Source: Thermoproteota archaeon (GTDB lineage: Archaea > Korarchaeota > Korarchaeia > Korarchaeales > Korarchaeaceae). From it: a stretch of 64,000 nucleotides of DNA. The notes below the pieces were generated by a model that was given only the letters and a program-made list of their open reading frames with translations, was not told the DNA's origin and made no database searches. The first letter of the stretch is position 1. Every line of letters begins with the position of its first letter. Location of the stretch: positions 64,001 to 128,000 of the forward strand of contig JAOZFG010000004.1 of NCBI GenBank assembly GCA_027491435.1, in the 5' to 3' direction. Position numbers and translations under genes: made by a program. Shown here piece by piece: positions 1 through 9,500 of the stretch.

Positions 1-228
1 TTTTCCCTGTCAAGTCCATTGGGAGTGAGGCTAGAATTGGAGCACGAAACCAACAGAAGAATACTTCAGAACGCCAACCTAATTATAGCCAAGGGGATGG
101 CCAACTACGAGACGTTAACTGAGTATGAACTAGATCCTCCGGTTCTCTACCTACTGACCGCCAAGTGCACGCCGATCGCTGAGGACTTAGGGATAAATAA
201 GGGATCTCCTGTAGCCTTAATGGGGTGA
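1..228 (+). CDS. Damage-control phosphatase, DUF89/ARMT1 family (3' part, truncated by window)
   Basis: C-terminal motif LIIAKGMANYETL...LLTAKC typical of DUF89; frame open to the window edge. Confidence 0.8.
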   Translation, partial: FSLSSPLGVRLELEHETNRRILQNANLIIAKGMANYETLTEYELDPPVLYLLTAKCTPIAEDLGINKGSPVALMG

Positions 229-854
229 TATTTATGCCTTACATAAGCGATGAGGAGGGAGAATACCTCGTAAAGACGGCGAGAAAGTCCATAGAGTACG
301 CATTTAAAGGAAGGAACGTCGAAGACGTGTTGGTTGATTTCCCGCCGAGATCAGAGAAGCTACTAAGGCCATCAGGAGCCTTCGTAACCCTCAACACTTA
401 CCCTAAGAAGGAGTTAAGGGGGTGCATAGGATATCCAGAACCTTCATTGCCGTTAATAGGCGCCGTAGTTCGAGCCGCTAGGGCGGCAGCGTTTGAGGAT
501 CCGAGGTTCCCTCCCCTAAGCAGGTATGAGCTAGATAGGGTGATAGTGGAAGTATCAGTTCTAACTCCGCCGGAGAAAGTAACTGGAGTGCCTAGGGAGG
601 AGCTGCCCTCTAGAATAGTGATAGGGGTCCACGGGCTCATAGTCAGGTTCGGCCCCTACAATGGGCTGTTGCTTCCTCAGGTGGCGGTGGAGTACGACAT
701 GTCACCCTCCGAGTTCTTGGATCACACGTGCCTTAAGGCGGGCCTGAGGCCTGGGTGCTGGAAGGATGAGGACGTCGAGGTGTACACCTTTTCGGCCGAG
801 GTATTCACAGAGACATCTCCTAACGGAAGGGTAGTAAGAGAAAAGCTGGTGTAG
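225..854 (+). CDS. AMMECR1-domain protein (TIGR00296); likely start at ATG 234
   Basis: GAFVTL, LRGCIG, AAFEDPRF and GLLLPQV motifs. Confidence 0.93.
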   Translation: MIFMPYISDEEGEYLVKTARKSIEYAFKGRNVEDVLVDFPPRSEKLLRPSGAFVTLNTYPKKELRGCIGYPEPSLPLIGAVVRAARAAAFEDPRFPPLSRYELDRVIVEVSVLTPPEKVTGVPREELPSRIVIGVHGLIVRFGPYNGLLLPQVAVEYDMSPSEFLDHTCLKAGLRPGCWKDEDVEVYTFSAEVFTETSPNGRVVREKLV

Positions 855-857
855 GGC

Positions 858-2045
858 TTGAAAGCCTACTTATCTGCCCTAGGAATAGGGCTTGGTCATG
901 TATCTAGAAGCCTAGCACTAGCTAGGAGATTGACCAGAGCGGGCTTATCTGTAGCGATCTCCTCCTATGGAGACGCGCTAGAGTACGTTAAAATACATGG
1001 CGACGATATACTCGTATTTGATGGGGGTAGGGAGATTTCTTGGGTCATGGGCCCTTACGGTTCCCCTGACCTGATCAGGACCTTGAGAAATGTCCGGGAG
1101 ATACCGAAGTTCATAGAGCACGTAAGGGTGGAGATGTCCAACATAAGTAATTACGCCCCAGACGTAGTGATCTCTGACTCCAGGATATCCGCTGTCATAG
1201 CAGCTAAGGTGTTGGACGTCCCGGTGGTCGTCCTGCTGAACCAGCCCAAGCTTCTAATATCTCCTCTGATAACAGAAGCCATCTACAGGATAATCAAGGG
1301 TTTTTACTCGGACAGGATGATGAAGATTCCAGAAATTGTGGAGAGGGCGCTTAACACTGCCATGACCACCCTGTGGGCAGCTTCGGAGTTCGCCCTTATA
1401 GTGGACTTCCCCCCGCCGGATAACATATCCAGAGCTCAGACCAGCAACTTACCTAGGAGGATTCTGTCCAAAGCCGTCTTTACAGGCCCCCTAATAGAGG
1501 TGCCCTGTGAGCCCTCAGAGGAGGACCTCATCTTGATAATAGTTTCAGGCCCGGGGGCTGAGAGGAGGTCCTTGGCTGAAGATTTGCTAAAGATATCTGA
1601 TGATTTAGCTAGGGAGTTCCCAGAGTACGAGGTGGTTATATCCCTGGGAGAGCCGGGGTCTGATGAGGTTGTCGAGAGGGGAAATCTGAAGATCTACGGT
1701 TGGCTGCCAGATTCCGAGAAGTGGGAATACATGTCCAGGGCTAGCTTAGTGGTCTCTAGGGCTGGCCACACCACAATATCTGAAGCGTTGTTGTGTGGAA
1801 AGCCTTTAGTGCTCATCCCAACTCCAAAACACACTGAGAAGATTGAAAACGCCAAATCGGTCAGGGACAAGGGATTGGGCGTAGTAGTTGATCAGGTACA
1901 CGTCAGACAACAGTTAATAGGCGCGATAAAGAGAGTTCTAAGGGATCGAAACATGAAGGAGGGAGCGCTGAAGTTTAGGGAAAGGTACAAGGATTGGGAC
2001 TTTTTAGACAGGGCAGTCGGCCCTGTACTGGCTGCCCCCCGGTAG
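858..2045 (+). CDS. GT-B glycosyltransferase (MurG/GT28-like)
   Basis: GIGLGHVSR N-terminal motif; VVSRAGHTTISEAL..GKPLVLIP sugar-nucleotide motif. Confidence 0.85.
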   Translation: MKAYLSALGIGLGHVSRSLALARRLTRAGLSVAISSYGDALEYVKIHGDDILVFDGGREISWVMGPYGSPDLIRTLRNVREIPKFIEHVRVEMSNISNYAPDVVISDSRISAVIAAKVLDVPVVVLLNQPKLLISPLITEAIYRIIKGFYSDRMMKIPEIVERALNTAMTTLWAASEFALIVDFPPPDNISRAQTSNLPRRILSKAVFTGPLIEVPCEPSEEDLILIIVSGPGAERRSLAEDLLKISDDLAREFPEYEVVISLGEPGSDEVVERGNLKIYGWLPDSEKWEYMSRASLVVSRAGHTTISEALLCGKPLVLIPTPKHTEKIENAKSVRDKGLGVVVDQVHVRQQLIGAIKRVLRDRNMKEGALKFRERYKDWDFLDRAVGPVLAAPR

Positions 2046-2546
2046 CTATACCAAGGACCTCTCCACGGCCCACCTGAGCATCCTAAGGAAGTCGTTAAGT
2101 TCCTTCGACTTCAGGCCCTCGATTTCTAAGTATTCTAAGGTACCATCATCTTTAACCTTTAATTCGTACCTAGCGTTCGAAGACTCTTCGAATTCCTTCA
2201 TCTTCTTCAGCAGGAATGACTTGATTGGTTTGGACTCAGCGTCCACTAAGAGGCCCTCAGCAGGGGTGAACCTGAGGTAACCTTTAGCCCTATCTACCTC
2301 AACGATTCCGAGCGAATTCCCTCCCTTGCTGGTCAATTGAACCCTCTCCAGTTTTTTAGGCCCTTTTTCCACCTTTTTTCTCTCCAATTTATCCGCGGTA
2401 GTTAAGGTCTGCTCCAAGAGGGTCTCCTCTAGGGCCTCCAACATCTGTCTCAATCTGATAAGCTCATTCTCTAGCTTATTTATCCTCTTCTTGAGCAGTT
2501 CTCTAAGTTCTAGAAGCCTCTTTATCCTCTCATCATCCTGGGACAA
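2046..2546 (-). CDS. Hypothetical protein with N-terminal coiled coil
   Basis: 166-aa ORF overlapping the lysS stop; heptad-rich N-terminus. Confidence 0.75.
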   Translation of the reverse strand: MSQDDERIKRLLELRELLKKRINKLENELIRLRQMLEALEETLLEQTLTTADKLERKKVEKGPKKLERVQLTSKGGNSLGIVEVDRAKGYLRFTPAEGLLVDAESKPIKSFLLKKMKEFEESSNARYELKVKDDGTLEYLEIEGLKSKELNDFLRMLRWAVERSLV

Positions 2547-4140
2547 TTTTACCTTCCTCCACGAGTTCCCTAAACATCTTCCTGAACCTCGACGGGCCGA
2601 CCCTCTGTATAAGGTTGCCCAGCCTCGGCCCGCCGTCCTGTCCCAGTATGGCCCTGTATATCGACCTGAAGAACTCTTTAGACTTTATCCCCTTCTCCTT
2701 TATCACTTGAAAGGCCAAGTTCTGTATGTCCTCTGCGTTCATGTCGTCTGTTATTCTGTCTAGGAATTCCTCTATGGCTGCGAGTACTTGCTGAGGTATG
2801 ACGACCCTTCCTTCCTCTTCTGAGAAGGAATCCACGTAATTCTTAGCGTACTCCACGTACTTAATGAACCATTCATCATCTAGAAGCCGTTCCAATGGTA
2901 GGTCGTAATATCTGGATATGATATCTCCAACGAACTTAATGAGTTCCTCCCTAGACAGGTCCCTGGGCGCCATCCTAGCTACCTTGAGCACCGCGGAGTA
3001 CTCGTAGGGTGGCGGAGGGGGCACCCCTTCAAGTAAAAACGTGTACTCTACCAGTCTTTTCAGAGATATTCTATCTCTTTCACTCTTTATTTTGTCAAGA
3101 TTATGATACAATTTAAGGTTTCTCTCAAACTCATTTATGTATTGAGGCGTATTCTGGAGGGAAATGTTTCTGGTGCCGTGGTACCTCTTGAACATGAGCA
3201 TCCTCAAGGTCTCAGGGGGGGAGTACTTCATCCACATCTGCGGGGTTATCACGTTACCCTTAGACTTGCTTATCTTCCCTCCAGTGGCGTCTAGAAACAT
3301 CTCGTACATAACTGTCATAGGGGGCTCATAAGAGAGAACCTCCTTAGCTATCCTGGCGTTTACTCTGAACGAATCAGTTATGTCCTTTCCGTGAGGCTCA
3401 AATACTATGCCTAAAGCAGCCCACCTGGCGGCGAATTCCCCTTTCCAGGAGAGTTTACCTTCGCCCCTCACGTAAGAGGCCTCTCCAACGTGACCACAGC
3501 CCTTAACACCCTTAAATTCCTGGTCACAGGCGTAGATAACCTTCTTCTCCTCTGGTATCACTTTGATGACCCTAGTAGTGTATATTCTGCCGCACTTCTC
3601 GCACCTAGGCCAGTAGTAGACCCACCCCTCCGGCTTACTGGATCCCACCTCTTCCCTCACTATTTTATCCACTTTATGGCTGTTCTCGATTAGCTTAGCA
3701 ACCTGTTCATCTAACAAACCCGAATTATAGGCTTCAGTCCCGGATATGAAGGTGAATTCGATGCCCAATTTCTCCAAAGCGTCTATAAGCATGCTACTCA
3801 TGTGTTCTCCGTAACTGGAGTGGCACCCCCATGGGTCGGGTATCTCGCTCACTGGCATGCCTAAATACTTCCTGTAATCCTCGGGAACTCCTGCGGGGAC
3901 CTTTCTCAACCCATCCCTGTCATCGCTATAAGCAATGAGTTCGCTCTTGAGGCCTCTAGCCTCTATCCCCAACTTTACCCCGTAGGCCCTCAAGGAGTCG
4001 CCTACTGAACCTATGTGTGGAAAGCCGCTAGCTCCTATCCCAGATTCCACCCTGAGCACGGTAAAATTTCTGCCCAACTTCTCCTCTCGCTCTATAATTT
4101 CTCTGGCTATCTTATCTATCCAGAACTCCGCCTTCCCTAT
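2533..4140 (-). CDS. lysS: Lysyl-tRNA synthetase, class I (5' end uncertain: ATA at 4140 or TTG at 4077)
   Basis: SGFPHIG (HIGH-like), EPHGKD, KISKSKGN (KMSKS-like), GPRLG; the frame extends upstream of 4077 as IGKAEFWIDKIAREIIEREEKLG. Confidence 0.93.
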   Translation of the reverse strand: MGKAEFWIDKIAREIIEREEKLGRNFTVLRVESGIGASGFPHIGSVGDSLRAYGVKLGIEARGLKSELIAYSDDRDGLRKVPAGVPEDYRKYLGMPVSEIPDPWGCHSSYGEHMSSMLIDALEKLGIEFTFISGTEAYNSGLLDEQVAKLIENSHKVDKIVREEVGSSKPEGWVYYWPRCEKCGRIYTTRVIKVIPEEKKVIYACDQEFKGVKGCGHVGEASYVRGEGKLSWKGEFAARWAALGIVFEPHGKDITDSFRVNARIAKEVLSYEPPMTVMYEMFLDATGGKISKSKGNVITPQMWMKYSPPETLRMLMFKRYHGTRNISLQNTPQYINEFERNLKLYHNLDKIKSERDRISLKRLVEYTFLLEGVPPPPPYEYSAVLKVARMAPRDLSREELIKFVGDIISRYYDLPLERLLDDEWFIKYVEYAKNYVDSFSEEEGRVVIPQQVLAAIEEFLDRITDDMNAEDIQNLAFQVIKEKGIKSKEFFRSIYRAILGQDGGPRLGNLIQRVGPSRFRKMFRELVEEGKIVPG

Positions 4141-4180
4141 GTTCCCACCGGGCTAACCACGTGCAAGGAGGAATAAGAAG

Positions 4181-4238
4181 TTTTTGTTGAGGAACCGCTT
4201 ACCCTCAACAAAAATTTTAGAGGGGGCTTTTCCCCCTC
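4181..4238 (-). terminator. Two hairpins between alba and lysS
   Basis: GAGGGGG/CCCCCTC stem (4220-4238) followed on the minus strand by a T-run; perfect 12-bp inverted repeat TTTTTGTTGAGG..CCTCAACAAAAA (4181-4214). Confidence 0.5.
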
Positions 4239-4243
4239 CAGGC

Positions 4244-4525
4244 TCAGACCTGGGTAAGCTCTATCTCTATTACGCTTATGTCCCTCCTGTTACCCTCTTC
4301 GTCAAGGATCTCCTCAGTGCCAGTCCTGAGGTCGGTTATCTTGATCTTCCCAGGGAAGTACTTGAGCCTGGTTATCTCGGCGACGTCAACGGCCCTTGAT
4401 ATGGACCTGCCCCTGGCCTTGAGGATGATTTTCTTCACTCCCCTGTTTATCTGGAGGGTAGTAGCCATCACATAATTGATAGCGGGTTTCTTACCTACAT
4501 AGACGATTCCTTCCTCAGCCACCAT
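4244..4525 (-). CDS. albA: DNA/RNA-binding chromatin protein Alba
   Basis: VYVGKKP..NYV, ILKARGRSISRAVDVAE and SVIEIEL motifs; GAGGTGA RBS before ATG 4525. Confidence 0.97.
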   Translation of the reverse strand: MVAEEGIVYVGKKPAINYVMATTLQINRGVKKIILKARGRSISRAVDVAEITRLKYFPGKIKITDLRTGTEEILDEEGNRRDISVIEIELTQV

Positions 4526-4615
4526 AGTACTCACCTCTTGCCCGCCACTTGTTCAGTTATAGAGCCGGGAGGGCGAGCTGATATAACCAACCCTCCCCAA
4601 TTAAAAATGTTATCA

Positions 4616-4876
4616 TCACTCGTTGATGAGCTCGGAGAGCGGGAGTAGCACTACTTCCTTACCCGCTTTCCGCTCTACCAGTATAGGAAGCTTGCCCTTC
4701 CTTATCTCGAGTTTGGCCAGTTCTATCGGGTCATCTAAGCCTTCAGGTATCTCCTCTTCATCTAAAAATAAGGGAGAACCAGCAGCGATCTGCTGGGCCC
4801 TTATCGATATTATCCTGACCAGCTCGTACTTGGTTAATCTCTTTGGGCCCAGCAGACCGCCCTCACTCAAGGCCAT
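4616..4876 (-). CDS. rpoK: DNA-directed RNA polymerase subunit K (Rpo6)
   Basis: LTKYELVRIISIRAQQIAAG..., DPIELAKLE..GKLP; TGATG overlap with the thermosome stop. Confidence 0.95.
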   Translation of the reverse strand: MALSEGGLLGPKRLTKYELVRIISIRAQQIAAGSPLFLDEEEIPEGLDDPIELAKLEIRKGKLPILVERKAGKEVVLLPLSELINE

Positions 4877-6516
4877 CACTCCTCCTTTTTCCCTCCTTTC
4901 TCTTCAAACTTCTTGCCGGCGGCAGCTATTATATCGTCTATCTTCAATATAGTCGTGGCGAACTCTGTGGCTGAGGTAATGGCCCTTCTAGTTACTCTCT
5001 CAGGCTCTATTATGTCCTTCTCTAACATGTTCTCAACTTCTCCGGTGTATATGTTGAACCCGTACTCCTTCTTACCCTCTGAGTGGGCCTTCCTGAGCTC
5101 AGACAGCTTGATAATCGGGTCATGACCGGCATTCTCAATCAAGGTCTTGGGTATTGACTCCACAGCCTCGGCGTACTTGAGCACCACGTTCTGCTCCTTA
5201 CCTCCTAAGGTCTTGGCGAACTCCTGAAGTTTGAGGGCAAGATCCATCCAGACGGCTCCAGCCCCCACAACTATCTTGCCATCTTCTATAACGTTTCTTA
5301 CTACGCTTAAGGCGTCATGTAAGTTCCTTTCAGCCTCGTCTATGACCTGTTTCTCTCCTCCCCTTATCAGTATGCTGACAGCCTTTGGGTTCTTGCAACC
5401 TTCAACGAACACCATCTTGTCCTCCCCAACTCTTCTTTCCTCAACTATTTCAGCGTATCCTAGGTCTGCTTCTGTTATCTCCTTGACGTTAACTACTATC
5501 TTGGCTCCAGTAGCCTTGGCGAGCTTCTCCATGTCGGACTTTCTGACCCTCCTCACGGCCAGTATGCCGTGCTTAGCTAGGAAGTGCTGGGCCACGTCGT
5601 CTATGCCCTTCTGGCAGAATACCACGTTGGCCCCGGTTGCGGCTATCTTCTCAACTAGCTCGGCTAGCATCTTCTTCTCCTGCTCTATGAACTCTTTGAC
5701 TTGAGCAGGTGAGGTTACCCTAATCTTTGACGAGATCTCAGGCTTCTTAACCTCAAGGGCACTCTCTATAAGTGCTATCTTGGCCCCGACAACCCTTCTG
5801 GGCATCCTTGGATGGACTACCTCCTTGTCCAGCACTATTCCCTGAATTAGCTTAGTGTCAAACAGGGAACCGCCCTCCTTCTTTTCTATCTTTATGTTAT
5901 CCAAGTCGACAACTCTCCTCCCGTCCTTTTCCTCAACAACCTGGAGAGCAGCGTCTACTACGAGCTCAGCCAGGTAATCTTTTGCTACAGCCACGGACTT
6001 AGAGCCCATAGCGATCTTAGCTACCTTTTTAAGGACCTCCTTGTCGTTCCAATCTACCTTAATGGCCACCTCATCCAGTATCTCCTTAGCCCTCTCCACA
6101 GCCTTTCTGTAACCCGATATTATGACGGTTGGGTGTATTCCCAGGTCCAATAGGTCCTCCGCTTTGGCTAGTAACTCACCAGCCAATATAACCACGGTGG
6201 TAGTACCATCGCCAGCCTCCTGCTCCTGAGACTTGGCTAGATCGACCATCATCTTAGCGGTAGGGTGCTCAACCTCTATCTCCTTCATTATGGTGGCTCC
6301 ATCGTGTGTTATGATCACATCGCCAAAGGGATCAACTAGCATCTTCTGCATGCCCTTGGGACTCAGGGTAGTTCTAATGGTGTCAGCAATTGCCTTAGCA
6401 ACGGTTATGTTGAGCCTCAATGCCTCCCTTCCTTTGGTTCTAGAAGTCCCCTCCTTGAGTATAAGGACGGGAATAGCTCCAGCTCCGGCACCTGCTCCAC
6501 CAGCTTCCATGGCCAT
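4876..6516 (-). CDS. Thermosome (group II chaperonin) subunit
   Basis: GDGTTT, TLSPKGM and ITHDGATI motifs; GGGGTGA RBS before ATG 6516. Confidence 0.97.
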   Translation of the reverse strand: MAMEAGGAGAGAGAIPVLILKEGTSRTKGREALRLNITVAKAIADTIRTTLSPKGMQKMLVDPFGDVIITHDGATIMKEIEVEHPTAKMMVDLAKSQEQEAGDGTTTVVILAGELLAKAEDLLDLGIHPTVIISGYRKAVERAKEILDEVAIKVDWNDKEVLKKVAKIAMGSKSVAVAKDYLAELVVDAALQVVEEKDGRRVVDLDNIKIEKKEGGSLFDTKLIQGIVLDKEVVHPRMPRRVVGAKIALIESALEVKKPEISSKIRVTSPAQVKEFIEQEKKMLAELVEKIAATGANVVFCQKGIDDVAQHFLAKHGILAVRRVRKSDMEKLAKATGAKIVVNVKEITEADLGYAEIVEERRVGEDKMVFVEGCKNPKAVSILIRGGEKQVIDEAERNLHDALSVVRNVIEDGKIVVGAGAVWMDLALKLQEFAKTLGGKEQNVVLKYAEAVESIPKTLIENAGHDPIIKLSELRKAHSEGKKEYGFNIYTGEVENMLEKDIIEPERVTRRAITSATEFATTILKIDDIIAAAGKKFEEKGGKKEE

Positions 6517-6650
6517 CTTTATCACCCCTTTATAATGTGGATTGCTCCGGAGCATCAGGCCATGAGCGAGTTAAAAACCTTATCTAGGGGTAAAGCCCGA
6601 TCAAGCCTGGCAGAAAGTGTGATCTCAAACGTGAGGGGGAATCTAGGATA

Positions 6651-9500
6651 ATGAATAGGTCATTAGAACAAATTAAATTTACTGAATGCTTAAGAAAAGC
6701 CATCAAAGATAAAGGTATCGCCACGTTAACTAAAATACAAGAGAAGGCCATTCCCATAGTTAGCTCCGGTATAAACGCCCTTCTAATGGCCCCCACAGGT
6801 TCAGGAAAAACGGAAGCTGCCCTATGGCCAATAATTGAGAAATCTGCCAACTTTAGAGGGGAGAAAGGGTTTAAGGTAATCTACGTGACCCCACTAAGGG
6901 CGCTAAACAGGGATTTAGAGGAGAGGATAAAGTACTGGGCATCTGCCTGCGAACTTAGGGTCGGCGTGAGACATGGGGACACCTCAAAGGGAGAGAGAGC
7001 CTCCCAATCAAGAAATCCGCCTGACCTAATGATAACTACTCCAGAAACCCTACAAATAATGTTGACTGGGCCTAAACTATCCTCGCATATGAAATCAGTT
7101 AGGTGGTTGATTATAGACGAGGTCCACGAGCTGTTAGACGATAAGAGGGGAGTTCAACTCTCCTTGTTGGTCAAGAGAGTTGAGGAGTTATCCAATCACA
7201 GGGTCCAGAAGGTGCTAATATCGGCCACTCTGGGCAACCCGGAGCTGGCCTTACGATTCTTCTTAGGAGATGAGGAGGGGGCTATAATAAGGGCTGAAGA
7301 AGATAGGCCCGTGGAACTGGAGATACTCTATCCTACGCCGGAAAAGGAGGATTACGAACTATCTAAAAGGACACTACTAGAACCAGGCGTGGTAGCTAGG
7401 CTAAGGGCCCTTGAACGGAGCATAAGGTCAGCGAAATCGTCGATAGTTTTCACTAACACGAGGTCAATGGCCGAAGCCCTTGGCTACAGGATATCCACAC
7501 TCAGGGATTTGAAGGTTCACGTCCACCACAGCTCTCTATCTAAGGAGGCAAGGGTGGAGAGTGAAACGCTCCTCAGGGAGGGAAAGCTAGCAGCTGTCAT
7601 AAGCACCAGCAGTCTAGAGTTGGGGATAGACATAGGGCACGTAGACCTTGTAGTCCAGTACGGATCTCCAAGACAGGCGACTAAACTTGCTCAGAGGGTG
7701 GGTAGGTCCGGTCACGGGCCTGGAAGGAAGGCTAGAGGGATCATAATAACATTAGATTCAGATGACTTCTTGGAATCTTTAGTATTGGCCAGAAGGGTAA
7801 TCAGCAAGGAGATCGAGCCCATCAAACCTCTGTCTAAGCCTTACGACGTGCTCTTCCACTTCATAATGGGCCTCCTTATAAGAGAGAGGAGGGTCAGTTT
7901 AAGCAGAGTTCTGGAATTGGTCAGGAGAGCCTGGCCTTACAAAAGCTTGGAATATGAGGAGTTGAGGGCCCTCCTGGAGTTCATGTCCAAGTCTTGGCCT
8001 AGGCTGTTCTGGCTCAACGAAGATGACACATTATCCATAAACAGGGTGTATAGGAATACCTACGCCTATTTCTTCGAACACCTATCCACAATACCCGAGT
8101 CCACCAGCTATCCAGTCATAGATGACGAGACTGGATTTTACGTCGGTCAGCTGGATGAAGCCTTTGTCTTAGAGCACGTTCATCCTGGAGTTAAATTCGT
8201 CTTCAGAGGGGCCGTATGGAGGGTAAAAAGGGTGGAAGGAGGGAGGATATACGTAGAACAGTCGCCGGATCCTTTAGGGGCCATCCCGAGCTGGGTAGGG
8301 GAACAACTTCCCGTCCCCTTTGAGGTCAGTCAAGAGGTCGGCAGACTTAGGAGACGCTTCGAGGATCTCTACAGAAGGGGTCTTAGCTTAGAGGAGATAG
8401 CATCTGAGCTTAGAGACGAATACCCTTTCTTCAAGCTGGAAGAAGGCGTTAAGGCCCTTGAAACTTTGCAGAGCCATTTGAACAGGGGTTATCCTATGCC
8501 AACGGATGAAAGGATAGTCGTAGAGGAGGTACCCCCTGACGGGGTAGTGGTTCACTCTTGTCTGGGCACCCTGATCAACAGGACCGTCTCTAAGTACCTC
8601 TCCAAGGCGATACTAGACAGGTATAAGGTGAGAGTTCACACGTTTGACGACCAATGCAGGATAGTCGTTGTAGGGACTACTAAGGGCGTGGTGATGGAAG
8701 CTCTATCTGCTTTGGAGGTGGTTAGTCACTCCTACCTGGTTAAGGCCGTTGAAGATTCCTCCTTCTTTAGAATAAGGTTGCTTAATGTGGCTAAGAGGCT
8801 AGGCTTGATCAGGACTGGAACTAGTTCTAGGATAATAAGCCTGAGCAAACTAGCTAAGGCCTACGAGGGAACTCCTGTTTACAAAGAGGCCATAAGGGAA
8901 ACTCTAGTGAAGGATTTTGACGTAGAGGGCACTATCTCCTTCTTCAGGAGGGGAGTCACGTTACAACTATCTGAAGTCAAGGGCCCAAGCCCTCTATCCA
9001 TGATTGGCCTAAATAGATCTGCGGTCCTGTTGGAAATACTCCCCGAGGACAAGTTGAGCGAGAGGCTTTTAACAGACTTCAAGTACAGGCTGCTCAGACA
9101 ACAGATCTTCCTAACATGTTCTAAATGTTGGTCCTGGGGCTCCGACTTCACCGTGTCCTCTCTATTGGAATTGGATGAGGTAAGGTGTCCCAAGTGCGGG
9201 AGCTCCAGGGTAGTGGCTCTATCGGGCAAGTGGATCAGGAGAGCTAAAGGAGCATTAGAAGAAGCTAAGAGAGTAGGTAAGCCAATAGTAAGGGATTGGG
9301 AGTTGGCCAACAGGGTATATGAGTTGGGAAGGCTCGCTGAGAGGTACGGAAAGCTGGCGTTGGTGGCCATGTCCGTGAGGGGGCTAGACCCTATGGACGT
9401 CAGGGAGCTCATGATGAGACATAAAGAGTTGTCTGATGAGTTCCTAAAGGATCTGGCTAAAGCTGAAACCGAAGCCATAAAAAGAAAATTATTGAGTTAA
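6651..9500 (+). CDS. lhr: Lhr-like SF2 DEAD/DEAH helicase with C-terminal Zn finger
   Basis: APTGSGKT, DEVH, SAT, SSLELGIDIG, QRVGRSGH, IPSWVGE; CSKC...CPKC. Confidence 0.93.
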   Translation: MNRSLEQIKFTECLRKAIKDKGIATLTKIQEKAIPIVSSGINALLMAPTGSGKTEAALWPIIEKSANFRGEKGFKVIYVTPLRALNRDLEERIKYWASACELRVGVRHGDTSKGERASQSRNPPDLMITTPETLQIMLTGPKLSSHMKSVRWLIIDEVHELLDDKRGVQLSLLVKRVEELSNHRVQKVLISATLGNPELALRFFLGDEEGAIIRAEEDRPVELEILYPTPEKEDYELSKRTLLEPGVVARLRALERSIRSAKSSIVFTNTRSMAEALGYRISTLRDLKVHVHHSSLSKEARVESETLLREGKLAAVISTSSLELGIDIGHVDLVVQYGSPRQATKLAQRVGRSGHGPGRKARGIIITLDSDDFLESLVLARRVISKEIEPIKPLSKPYDVLFHFIMGLLIRERRVSLSRVLELVRRAWPYKSLEYEELRALLEFMSKSWPRLFWLNEDDTLSINRVYRNTYAYFFEHLSTIPESTSYPVIDDETGFYVGQLDEAFVLEHVHPGVKFVFRGAVWRVKRVEGGRIYVEQSPDPLGAIPSWVGEQLPVPFEVSQEVGRLRRRFEDLYRRGLSLEEIASELRDEYPFFKLEEGVKALETLQSHLNRGYPMPTDERIVVEEVPPDGVVVHSCLGTLINRTVSKYLSKAILDRYKVRVHTFDDQCRIVVVGTTKGVVMEALSALEVVSHSYLVKAVEDSSFFRIRLLNVAKRLGLIRTGTSSRIISLSKLAKAYEGTPVYKEAIRETLVKDFDVEGTISFFRRGVTLQLSEVKGPSPLSMIGLNRSAVLLEILPEDKLSERLLTDFKYRLLRQQIFLTCSKCWSWGSDFTVSSLLELDEVRCPKCGSSRVVALSGKWIRRAKGALEEAKRVGKPIVRDWELANRVYELGRLAERYGKLALVAMSVRGLDPMDVRELMMRHKELSDEFLKDLAKAETEAIKRKLLS

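Noticed and set aside
852-860. AMMECR1 and glycosyltransferase ORFs are in frame across a single TAG (possible pyrrolysine/readthrough)
   Set aside because: Both proteins are complete and unrelated, the second has its own TTG start, and no pyl genes are visible; in-frame adjacency happens by chance about one time in three.
4913-6535. Many Ser/Leu/Pro-rich antisense ORFs over thermosome, lhr, TIP49, atp and other genes
   Set aside because: Shadow frames produced by the codon bias of well-supported genes on the opposite strand.
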